A DNA stretch of 64,000 nucleotides. It comes from Euprymna scolopes (taxonomy: Eukaryota). A program made the translations under genes and the position numbers. Positions 53,445 to 64,000 of this stretch are shown here, piece after piece (position 1 is the first letter of the stretch; every line of letters begins with the position of its first letter). Location of the stretch: NCBI GenBank assembly GCA_053919585.1, contig CM132827.1. One strand, written 5' to 3'. The notes beneath the pieces are model-generated. The model was not told the origin of the DNA. It made no database searches and saw only the letters and a list, made by a program, of their open reading frames with translations.

Positions 53445-53449
53445 CTAGC

Positions 53450-54060
53450 ATAGCAAATGCTGATATAATATGTGCGAACGTTTCTTTCTTTTTAAAACAT
53501 AATCTGCACATCGGTGATTCTGCAGTTTTGTCGATGTAGTGCTTGTACTTTCTAGGAGTTCTCACACAGGTCATCATCATAGATTACTTCTTGATAATAA
53601 TCGGAGTATTTCTTGGAGTTTTGGGGGGGGGCAGCAAGTCAATTTACATTCCCAGTACTCTCCACCTCTTTCTATAATTTTCGCAAAAGACTTGCCTTAT
53701 CGCAATAGCCGCTTACCATTGATTTCTCGCTAGCAACGGCTATTTTCCTCCATACAAAATAGCTCCCTTCCAGCGTCATTTACGTGATTCTCTTCTCATG
53801 TCATTCTTACGAATCGTCCATTAACTTGATTGACTTTTACTTTTCTTATCTTTTTCTTTCTGGTGTCGCGGTTTTCTGTATTGTTTATCTTGCTGCGGTG
53901 ATCAGATTTCTGTGTTCTGAAAGATGTTTTATTTCATGTTTTTTTTTTGTATCTTCTACACTTACCAATCCCCATCCTTTTTATTCCTTTTTACATGGAA
54001 TTGATCAGCATCATATTTGGAAATAATGAACTGTGCATGGTCATTAGTGTCTTTGTCTTC
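53450..54060 (-). mobile_element. RLE LINE fragments (CCHC zinc knuckle plus another 3' UTR copy)
   Basis: Translation ESPMCRLCFKRKETFAHIISA at 53450-53525. The UTR block at 53560-53745 resembles 47280-47480. Confidence 0.7.
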
Positions 54061-54158
54061 TGGTCAACATGCCTAAGTTTTTCTTAAGTCAAACCTATGA
54101 ATCGTTCAGAGTATATTATTAGTGATCATGCTAAAGTTTTTATGCCTTTAACTTGAGA

Positions 54159-54846
54159 TCTCTACAATTATATAAACGCAACTTTGTCTGTGTATGTGAG
54201 TTTGTTCCTTATAGATTCCGAAACGGCTGAACAGATTTTCTTTAAAATTTACAGAAATTTAGTGTATAAGTCTGGGAGTGATCTTAAGTTTTGTCTCAGA
54301 ATACTCCTGATAATTAGCGATAATCGAAGCCGTTATTTTAATTTATCTATCATCGGTAAAGCCATTTTTTCCATATCATCGCTTAGCAACAATGATAGAA
54401 CAATGGGTCGTGAAAATTCTGCTGCGGGTAAGTTAATAGTGTGTTTTTTGTTTATTTCTTTGGCATGACGTGGTCTGTAGGTTCAAACTCTGCACGTAAA
54501 TTACTTATTTTTTTTTGTCATTAACTGCAAAGAATTTTATAAGACTTGAAAACGTGTTTTTTTTTGTATGACGTGGTCTATAGGTTCAAACCCATCACGT
54601 AAAATTCTTAATGTTTTTTTTCGTTAACTGGAAAGAAGTTTATATAAAATAATTGTATAAAGGAAACAGTAGGTTCTCTAGAGTACAATTTAGAATAACA
54701 TATATTTTGGACTAAGTTACTGCATGGAGGCATGTGAAGCTTCCCCCCGGGCCATCTCATGGATTTCAATGACAATAAAAATATAAGAATGTAAAGTATT
54801 CGTTGATCATCATTCAATCCCTGGCAATGTCGAGTCTCCCTGCTAG
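54159..54846 (+). mobile_element. Non-autonomous Helitron
   Basis: Starts A|TC (TCTCTACAATTATATAAACG..GTCTGT..GAAACGGCTGAACAGATTT) and ends CCCTGCTAG|T with no TSD. Has an internal ~110-bp direct repeat (TGACGTGGTCT.TAGGTTCAAAC). The 3' motif matches the element at 37397. Confidence 0.75.
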
Positions 54847-54849
54847 TTT

Positions 54850-55520
54850 ACCATATAGTTTTGTTACTAAGAATTTCCTTGATCTCAATTATTCTTTCCA
54901 ATCTTTCCTTTCGTTTCTAAAGATTTGATAGTGCCTGTTTCCAGAACTACCAAATAGTTGTAGGTATCATTTTCTCCAAGTGCCCCCTCCCTCTGAGCGT
55001 GTCTCCAATTTCCCCCATTTTATCTCTAGCAATTCACACTTTTCCATTCCGAATTCTATTTGAAAGTTTCGACTGAATATTCTTTTCATCTATAGAAGTT
55101 TTCTAGTGTTTTTTTTCTTCTAATTTTGCAAATGGCGTCAGATTGTTAGCATTCATAATGTGGTTCAGTTTTTTGTTCTGCTTCTGTAATTTGTATCTGG
55201 CATTAGATTTCTTAAATATGCACTTGATTGGCATCATGGCTACGATAAAAAGTGGTAATGATAAAGAATCTCTATAGAAAATGCCTCTCTGTATTCTTAT
55301 CTTTTTAAGATGTTGTCTTCCAGCTGTTAGTTTGAATCTCCATATTATCATTGCGTTCTTGTAGTCAGTCCATGACATGGCTATGTTTTGTTTCCTGCCT
55401 TTATCCCCTTCAAGATCTAATGATCTATGAATAACAGGTCGCGTGCCTCTCTTCCAGCATCCTTTTTGTTTCTCCGGAATTAGTCCACGATTGATAAGGA
55501 AGTAATATATACTGTATTAT
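54850..55520 (-). mobile_element. R4/Dong-like LINE reverse transcriptase fragment
   Basis: IRIQRGIFYRDSLSLPLFIVAM corresponds to RGIFQGDSLSPLLF, and KLNHIMNANNL corresponds to NHLLYMDDL. Confidence 0.8.
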
Positions 55521-55716
55521 TGGCTCACAAGGAGCTTTCACACAGGTATTCGATCTTTCCCTGAAAACAGCCTGTGATGTTCACTGGAAGCTGAGTGACA
55601 ACAAGTCTCCCCAGGTTTCCAGTACTCACCCCCTCTTTCGATAACATTTGCAAATAAATTTGCATCATCGCAACAGCTGCCTGTCATTGATTTCTCGTTG
55701 GCAGCAACTATTGGTC

Positions 55717-55765
<49 letters not shown>

Positions 55766-56000
55766 TACTCACTAGTAGCAGTCACAAAAATCATCATCAA
55801 AGATTGCTCTTAGAGAACAACTTGTGGTGTTATCTAAGGCTTAAAGGACTACAAGTTTCCCCAGATTTCCAGTACTTTCTATAGCCTTTGCAGATAAATT
55901 TGCATTATTGCAACAGCCGTTTACCATTGATTCATCATTAGTAGCGACAATTTGTCTTCACTCGAATTTGGATAGCAATAAGTCTCCCTAAGGTTCCAGT
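55521..56000 (-). mobile_element. Stacked RLE-LINE 3' UTR/tail copies around a (TAT)n tract
   Basis: Two related UTR blocks separated by (TAT)n at about 55718-55763. Confidence 0.65.
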
Positions 56001-57449
56001 CATCCTCCTTGACTCTCACTTATTCGATGTGGCGCTTGTTTATAGCGACACACGAGAAAAAAAGGAGGCGGAAGGCAGGAGTGCAAAGAGGGGGTTAACT
56101 TACAATTATACAGTTTCAGTTTTCATGATTCCATGTGATGCTTCTTGGAGTTTTACATCTGTAGCAAGTTCTGTATGTTACGTTTGTGCCTGTCACTCAA
56201 CACATAAGCTACAGGCACAAATTGGACATACAAAAATTGCTACATATTCAAGGGTTTTCCTTAATGGTCTCCACATTCAAGGGTTTTTCTTAATATTCAG
56301 CCGCACAAGATAATGCAATTAGAACCATCCACATCAAAGCAAGGATCGACAAGACAAAAGAAAACAGCTAATGCAGACTATCTGGACAAAGAGACAAAAC
56401 ATTAAACCACACAATACGCGAATGCAACAAACTAGCACAAAAAGAATATAAGAATAGAGAAGGCAGTACACTGGGAATTATGCAGAAAACTGCATCTTCA
56501 ACATCCAGACAAATGGTACAAACAAAAACCGGCAGCAATAATAGAAGGCAAAAATCACAAAATCCTCTGGGACGTAGATATACAAAAAGATAAACCACTC
56601 CAAGCAAAAAGACAGGATGTCATAATAGTTAACAAGAAGGAAATGTCCTGCCAGGTTGTAGACTTTGCCATTTCAGCATACCATAGAGTGAAGATACAGG
56701 GGTACAGAGAAGCGGAACATATCCACTGAATTGGCCAAAGATCTCAAAGGGATCTGAAAGGTGAAGAAAGTCAAGATAACTCCAATAATAGCAAGAGCAC
56801 TAGGAACAATACTGAAAAACTTTAAAAAAAGAATGGGAGAGATTGGAAAAGAGGGTTGGCTGATAAGATACAACGGATAACAATAATGAAAAACGCTGAA
56901 ATACTTGAATGTGGAGACTAATATACATGACCTATAGGCGTTAGCCTGGCATATACCAACTACTAAAGAAGTGAAACAAAGAAACACTGCATGGAATGAA
57001 AAAAACCGAAACTGTATAATTGTAAGTGACCCCCACCCCTAAAAGTACCAAAGTGACCCCCACCCCTAAAAGTACCAAAGTGACCCCCACCCCTAAAAGT
57101 ACCAGCAGTATTTGGCATAACAGCGAATAGTCGAGGAGGGTCAAGAAGGATGGAAAGACTGCGGGGAGAGTGCATTAACCAGACCTCCACTGAATGAGTG
57201 CAAAAAATACCGGGACCTTGGGAAGACTTATTACTATCCACATTCTAATGAAAGCCAATGCTCGCTGTCGATGAGAAATCAATGGTAAACAACTGTTGCA
57301 ACAATGCAAATTCGTCTGTAAATATTACCGAAAGAATTGAAGAATACTGCAAATCTGGGAAGACTCGTTACTCAGACTCCAAGGAACGCCACAGGTTGTT
57401 CTCAAAGAGAAAACTTTGATGATGGTTAATGTAAAAACTTTTAGTGAGG

Positions 57450-57450
<1 letters not shown>
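56001..57450 (+). mobile_element. Composite RLE LINE 3' fragment ending in (TAA)n
   Basis: Remnants ..ECNKLAQKEYK..VHWELCRK..KILWDVDIQ.DK..DFAISAYHRVK. Includes a 27-bp triplication at about 57023-57103 and a (TAA)n tail at 57451-57512. Confidence 0.8.
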
Positions 57451-57513
<63 letters not shown>

Positions 57514-57689
57514 TCTGATTTCGTTTATCAACGTCTCCCTGAAAAGAAATGGGATTCATTTCCAGACGATTTCTTTCAATCCCGGTTCCAAACGAGGAGC
57601 TTCAAACATCCAGGGTTTTCTTAAGGATGCTGGTGATACATACAATAGCTGAGGTCTGAAGGTCGCCTAAAACATCGGGGATTCGTAGT

Positions 57690-58150
57690 TTTTTCAATTG
57701 TCCTTCCAGACGACTTGATACTACTCCTAGTGTACCAACTACGACCGGGATTATTTATGTTTTAACGCTGTGTATATGCCTTATCTCCAAAGCGAATGGA
57801 GCATAATTGCTCCACTTCTCGTTCTCCTCTCTCACATTCCTGTCCCAGGGTACCGAAAAGTCTACAATCTGCCAGTTTTTTTAGACTTTGTAAATGACGA
57901 TCCAATCGGGACGATTATGTTCCAATTGCTTAGTCGTTATGACACTTTGTCCCACCATAGCTCTACCTTGCCATCCTCACTTGTTCTCACTTTATCAGGC
58001 ATTTTCTCAAACCACTTTTCAGCACACTTCACCCCAACCTTCTTACAGACCTCCCCATATATCCAGAGTCCAATGCGATTGTGTCTTTTGCTGTACTCTC
58101 TCAGGGCCAATCTACTACACCCTGCTGCAACTTCCTCTCCTAGAACCACT
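57690..58150 (-). mobile_element. RLE LINE endonuclease-region fragment (another family)
   Basis: Translation CSRLALREYSKRHNRIG...VELWWD...HNRPD...IVDFSVPWD. Confidence 0.8.
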
Positions 58151-58246
58151 TTTTTTTTAACAATCGTGTTCCTAATGTCTGCTCTTGTGCTGCAAAAACA
58201 AAAGCTTCAGTACTCTTAGCCAGATACTCAGCTCTAAGCCATTGCC

Positions 58247-58276
58247 ATGATGATGATGATGATTATGATGATGATG

Positions 58277-58334
<58 letters not shown>
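58247..58334. repeat. Compound (TGA)n/(TAA)n microsatellite
   Basis: Read directly from the sequence. Confidence 0.95.
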
Positions 58335-58335
<1 letters not shown>

Positions 58336-59137
58336 TAGATTGAACGAATTCAATGTTCATATAATCAGTAAAAAGTAAATAATAAAAAAGATTTTAACAT
58401 TCAAAATAGCGATAAAAGCCGAGGGTATTTGACAAGACAAATATCTGGAATGACTGCAGTTCTTAAAATGGAATTAAGAAAACGATAAACTCTTCTAAGA
58501 GAACCAATTCCGATAAATTGAAGACGTTTGAATAATAAATTTCCATCCCGTAAATACCGCAAAGTAGGCGTTTTCCATCGAAATAATGGGATGACATTAA
58601 CCGCCTTTCTTTCTTGCTTTCCTCTTATATTCCGATGTCTTTTAACAATTTTTTTACATCACGCGTTTTTGTAATATTCTTCGAGATTATTTTACTGTTT
58701 GTTTGAATCGTAAAATATCTTGCCAATTTGAGCGTAAACGCGGCCCGGTTGGAGAAGCCTTTATTTTCGGCCGCACATTTTTCTTCTTTTATTTCTTTCC
58801 ATCTCTTTTTCTGACGTAAAGCCACATTTTGCAATTATTTTGAAATCCAACGTCTCTCATCTTTCTAAAACTTTGTTAAAAACTTCCTGTCCCATCGTTA
58901 AATAAATTGTATACATATACTAGCAGGACCTATGCCCCGCAGTTGTCCGAGAAAATCGACGACATTAGCTCCTCACCCTGTTTATTTGTACATACGGGTT
59001 GAAAAATAAACAAAACATAGTATGGTTTTGTTTACGGATATTCGAGCTGTGACACGAGTAAAGGTCATTAAGGATCAGACATAGCATGAGTGACAGAAAT
59101 ATCGGCTGAGAAGAATTGAGTGAACGAGAGAATTCTA

Positions 59138-60500
59138 TTAGGCTGAGAAGGAAGTTCTTGTTGAATTATACATTTGGATTTCGAATCCTGTATTTTCAAA
59201 TAAGTTTTCGTTATAATACCTTTACTTTATATATCATTTTAAAGAGCGTTTCTTTTTGCTCTATCTAACTGTATAAATTACAATCGTTTTAAAACAATTA
59301 TGCATTTTTATGAACGTTGATTACAAGATCGATAAAAGAAAATTCGCACAATTTTCCTTTTTCAATTCAAGCTAGGTCGAAAAGCTTCTGAAACCGTTCG
59401 CGATATCAATGAAGCGTTTGGCCCAGAAACTCTTACTGCACGCACAACACAATAATGATTTAAGAAATTTCGTGGTGATGACGAGAGTCTTGAAGATGAT
59501 GAGCGTAGTGGTCGGCCATCGGATGTTGATAACGATCAATTAAGAGTCTTAGTCGAATCTAATAGTGTTCATCATCGGATGTTGATAACGATCAATTAAG
59601 AGTCTTAGTCGAATCTAATAGTGTTCATCATCAGATGTTGATAACGATCAATTAAGAGCCTTAGTCGAATTTAATCCACCCAAACTGTTCAAGAACTTGC
59701 TTCTGAATTAGACGTAACATATACAATGATTTCCAACTACTTGAAAGAGATTGGAAAGACAAAATAACTTGATAAATGAGTACTTCACGAATTGAATGGC
59801 AAATAAAAGAAACGCCATTATAAAGCGTCATCTTCCCATTGTTTTCGCAACAAAGACGACCCATTTTTCGACGGGGCTGTGACTTGCGATAAAAAGTGGG
59901 GGTTTACAATAACCGGTGAATCTCAGCTCAGTGTTTAGACGCTAATGAAGATCCACGACACTTCCCGTAGCCAGAGTTCCACCATGCTGACTGTTTGATG
60001 GTCTGCGACCGGTCTCATCAATTACATTTTTTTTGTTGTTTTTAAATGAAGTACTGTCAACAAATGGATGAAATGCATCAGAAACTTCAACGACAACACA
60101 CAACAGAAATGGCCCAATTATCCCTCACGACAATGCCCGACCGCACATTGCTAAACCGCCACTGCAGAAGTTGAACGAATTGGGTTACGAAACTATGCCT
60201 TATCCGCCATACTCCCCAGACGTCTCACCTACCGACTACGACTTTTTCAAGCATCTCGACAACTTTCTGCATGAGAAATACTCCACAAACCTAAGCGATA
60301 TGAAAAACGCCTTCAGCTTCTTCATCGTCTCCAGAACACAAGATTTTTACGTTACTGGCATAAATACACTTATTTTGCGTTGGTAAAACTGTGTTGATTC
60401 CGATGGTTCTTATTTCGATCAGTAAATATTTGTTTTAGCCCAAATATGTTCATCTGAATTTAAAAATTAAAAACCGCAAGAACTTTTTTTGCCAGCTTGA
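59138..60500 (+). mobile_element. Decayed full-length mariner (DD34D, Hsmar1/SETMAR-like)
   Basis: Remnants FQFKLGRKASETVRDINEAFG, SLEDDERSGRPS, TCDKKW, HDNARPH and YPPYSPDVSPTDYDFF. Imperfect TIRs flanked by TA, plus an internal 56-bp triplication at 59517-59675. Confidence 0.92.
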
Positions 60501-60642
60501 TAGTTACACTAAACCAGAGTTAATGCGATTTATATGACTGGTCACTCAATGAGTGTTAAGTTAAGATAGCCGAAAACTAATGAAAACGCACGATGAAAAA
60601 AGTTATTTTATCTGGATAAATAAAGCAGTGCGCGAGGTACAA

Positions 60643-61092
60643 GTATAGTTTAATCAAGACATTCAAAAATGGAAATATCGAAAAAAGGTTATATTGTACG
60701 TATCCGTTTTGCACTGAAGATCTCCGAAAAAAAATTTCACTTAATTTGATCGAGTAGTTTTGTTTGTTTTGTTTTTTTTACAGCGGAAAAACACGTTTTT
60801 ATGATAACGCGTTGAAGGTAGCATCTTTGAATTTTTTTGAAAACGTCACGGGAAGATAACTCAGTTTAAAGCGCCGACACTCCCTTCCCATCTTTAATAT
60901 TAGCCTTTTCTTCCTAAAAATCGAGCCTTTTGCTCGGTATCATAACAAATTGATTTTTTTTTCGCTGTATAAAACGAACTACTGGATGAAATTAAGTGAA
61001 TTTTTTTTTCAGAGAACTTCATTCCATAACGGATACATACAATGTAAAGCTTTTCGATATTTTCATTTTTTAATGTTTTGATTAAACTGTAT
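60643..61092. mobile_element. MITE/foldback element with ~140-bp imperfect TIRs
   Basis: About 60643-60790 is the diverged reverse complement of about 60955-61092. Confidence 0.75.
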
Positions 61093-61450
61093 AACTACCA
61101 TATTAAGTTAGTAACACTGAAGTTACGTGCTACGATTCTCCAAGTCTAGTAAATGAGATGATCCATGTTTCCGCAAATGTGCATTAGTTATGATCAACAT
61201 ATTTGGTACAGAGACAACAACGGTGTGTAAATATTCAAGTTTATACAAGAAAACCGTGTTTTTTCTATGAAATAAATAATGTAAAGGCGTTTAGGATATA
61301 AACTTGTCGCTGGGCCTGTCTGTCATGTTTATATTTGATTACATCTGATTAGGATTATTTTATTATTGTTTGCAAGTAATTAGCTGCCGAATGCAGTCAT
61401 TTCCGTTAATGTTTCCCACGGTTCAAGTTCGTAATATATTCAAATATTTA

Positions 61451-61534
61451 TTACGTTAGTGCAAAAAAAAAAAATGTTTTTTTAATATATATACGTAAAC
61501 GTCAAAAAACGACACTAGTTTTGCACCAACGTAA
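61451..61534. mobile_element. 84-bp mariner-type MITE (MADE1-like architecture)
   Basis: TA|TTACGTTAGTGCAAAA...TTTTGCACCAACGTAA|TA. Confidence 0.8.
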
Positions 61535-62206
61535 TATTTATCTATTTTTTTAAATTTGAATTTTTTTTTAATTTAATTTTTTAGTTCAATCTAACCTAAA
61601 CAAGGCATAGTGTCACTGAGACATAAGCGATTAATATGAATTAGGGTTAACATTTTAGAGCCATTTTAAAAGGGGAGTTATGTAGCCAGGTTCTTGGTTA
61701 TATTACAATTAAATTTCTGCATGTTGATATGGTCGGAGAATCAGATACACAAAAGGTAAGCAGTGCGAAGGAAGAATCTATCTTTCGCACTGTTTGCCTT
61801 TGAAATTCGCTCCCTACTCCCTGTTTTCCGTACCAAGATGCAGCGTAACTAAATTTCCATGAGCAGAGTTTATTTCATAAAACTACGAGTATGTAGAAAA
61901 AATTATAACAAAGCTGTTTTCGAAATGACGAAATGACTATGACATGGTCTCAGTTTCTTGTTGATCCATCATCACAGATTATCAAATTTTGTTGAATTCA
62001 ATTATCATCTCTAACCAACAAGATCGTTTACTCACTGTATATCTGACAGACTCATTAACCGTTATCCTTGAGTGATTTCCACGGCTTAATAAGCTCTACA
62101 AAAATGGGTATGGTTTTCTATCGAACTGTTAAATTTAATTGTTTTCAAATTAAATTACAATCAATTAATTTAATAAGAGTAATGAATACAATCTTATATA
62201 AAAGTT

Positions 62207-63020
62207 CATCCTCCTTGACTCTCACTTATTCGGTGTGGCACTTGTTTATAGCGACACACGAGAAAAAAAGGAGGCGGAAGGCAGGAGTGCAAAGAGGGAG
62301 TTAACTTACAATTATACAGTTTGAGTTTTCATGATTCCATGTGATGCTTCTTGGAGTTTTACATCTGTAGCAAGTTCTGTATGTTCAGTTTGTGCCTGTC
62401 ACTCAACACATGAGCTACAGGCACAAATTGGACATACAAAAATTGCTACATATTCAAGGGTTTTCCTTAATGTCTCCACATTCAAGGGTTTTTCTTAACA
62501 TTCAGCCGCACAAAATAATGCAATTAGAACCAACCACATCAAAGCAAGCATCGACAAGACAAAAGAAAACAGCTAATGCAGACTATCTGGACAAAGAGAC
62601 AAAACATTAAACCACACAATACGCGAATGCAACAAACTAGCACAAAAAGAATATAAGAATAGACACGATTAGGTAGAGAAGGCAGTACACTGGGAATTAT
62701 GCAGAAAACTGCATCTTCAACATCCAGACAAATGGTACAAACAAAAACCGGCAGCAATAATAGAAAGCAAAAATCACAAAATCCTCTGAGACGTAGATAT
62801 ACAAACAGATAAACCACTCCAAGCAAAGAGACAGGATGTCATAATAGTTAACAAGAAGGAAATGTCCTGCCAGATTGTAGACTTTGCCATTTCAGCATAC
62901 CATAGAGTGATGATACAGGGGTACAGAGAAGCGGAAATAATCCACGGAACTGACCAAAGACCTCAAACGGATCTGAAAGGTGAAGAAAGTCAAGATAACT
63001 CCAATAATAGAAAGAACACT
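62207..63020 (+). mobile_element. Second copy of the composite RLE LINE segment at 56001-56810
   Basis: High-identity direct repeat beginning CATCCTCCTTGACTCTCACTTATTCG. Confidence 0.9.
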
Positions 63021-63420
63021 TAAAATTAACAGTACAGTATTCATCGTATGATGTTTGTATAGTTGAAACAAGGCATGGACATTTCAGTAACCCTTTTCAA
63101 GAATTAAACCGATTTTTACATATCATGAAGTTACAAGTGCGTTGGACGTACAAAAATCTTATCAAGGAGACACCTGAAAAGGTGTAAATAATGATGCTTC
63201 TATTTATTAACGATCTCTTCAATAACATTCTAATGCAATTCAGACGACATAACTATCTATGGAAACACTTCGAGGATAATTAATGATAAAAATATTTTTA
63301 ATTCTTTCATCGAACTTTGGGCACATCGTCCAATGGAGAAAATGTGACTTTAACACATCTAAAACAAAGCTTCTCTCTTTACGCTACTAGTGCTTGAAAC
63401 CCACTTCTCTCGAATTTAAA

Positions 63421-64000
63421 TGAATTGCTGCTCTATGAGGAATCGTAATGTCTTAATTAATTGCTGCTCTATGAGGAATCGTAATGTCTTAATTAATTGC
63501 TGCTCTATGAGGAATCCTAATGTCTTAATTAATTGCTGTTCTATGAGTAATCCTCATGTCTTAATTAATTGCTGTTCTATGAGGAATCATAATGTCTTAA
63601 TTAATTGCTGTTCTATGAGGAATCATAATGTCTTAATTAATTGCTGTTCTATGAGGAATCATAATGACTTAATTAATTGCTGTTCTATGAGGAATCCTAA
63701 TGTCTTAATTATTTGCTGCTCTATGAGTAATCATAATGTCTTAATTAATTGATGTTCTATGAGGAATCCTACTGTCTTAATTAATTGCTGTTCTATGAGG
63801 AATCCTACTGTCTTAATTAATGGCTGTTCTATGAGGAATCCTAATGTCTTAATTAATTGCTGTTCTATGAGGAATCCTAATGTCTTAATTAATTGCTGTT
63901 CTAGGAGGAATCCAAATGTCTTAATTAATTGCTGTTCTATGAGGAATCCTAATGTCTTAATTAATGGCTATTCTATGAGAAATCCTAATGTCTTAATTAA
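63421..64000. repeat. 36-bp minisatellite (at least 16 copies), open at the right window edge
   Basis: Unit AATTGCTGTTCTATGAGGAATC(C/A)TAATGTCTTAATT, containing the palindrome TTAATTAA at unit junctions. Confidence 0.98.

Noticed and set aside
58560-58960. Helitron Rep remnant and a 3' end at 58920
   Set aside because: Only a faint resemblance (WKEI..., CTAGCAGG). The diagnostic motifs are absent.
63420-63752. Cys-rich repeat protein (NCCSMRN..)
   Set aside because: It is simply the translation of the 36-bp minisatellite and has no unique coding context.

Overview
This is AT-rich, repeat-dominated eukaryotic DNA from an invertebrate. The transposon mix suggests a lophotrochozoan such as a mollusc, but that is inference. 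No intact host gene is evident. Positions 1-32655 are one head-to-tail 48-bp satellite array (about 680 monomers) built from nested higher-order duplications of 5133, 1728, 3841, 1345 and 624 bp. All minus-strand ORFs in that half are translations of this monomer. After a gap, the rest is a graveyard of decayed elements: CR1/L2-type, RTE and R4/Dong-like (RLE) LINE fragments, a full-length decayed Gypsy LTR element nested in an RLE LINE, two Tc1/mariner remnants, MITEs, non-autonomous Helitrons, a Penelope-like fragment, tRNA-derived SINEs and two further minisatellites (35 bp and 36 bp). The most notable signals are two complete type I hammerhead ribozyme motifs about 1 kb apart. One lies at the 3' end of the Penelope-like fragment (44657-44709, minus). 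The other is fused directly behind a tRNA-like Pol III promoter (45692-45757, plus), giving a SINE/retrozyme-like unit. More speculatively, the satellite edge has a splice-acceptor-like site that reads in frame into an LRR-like 16-aa repeat.
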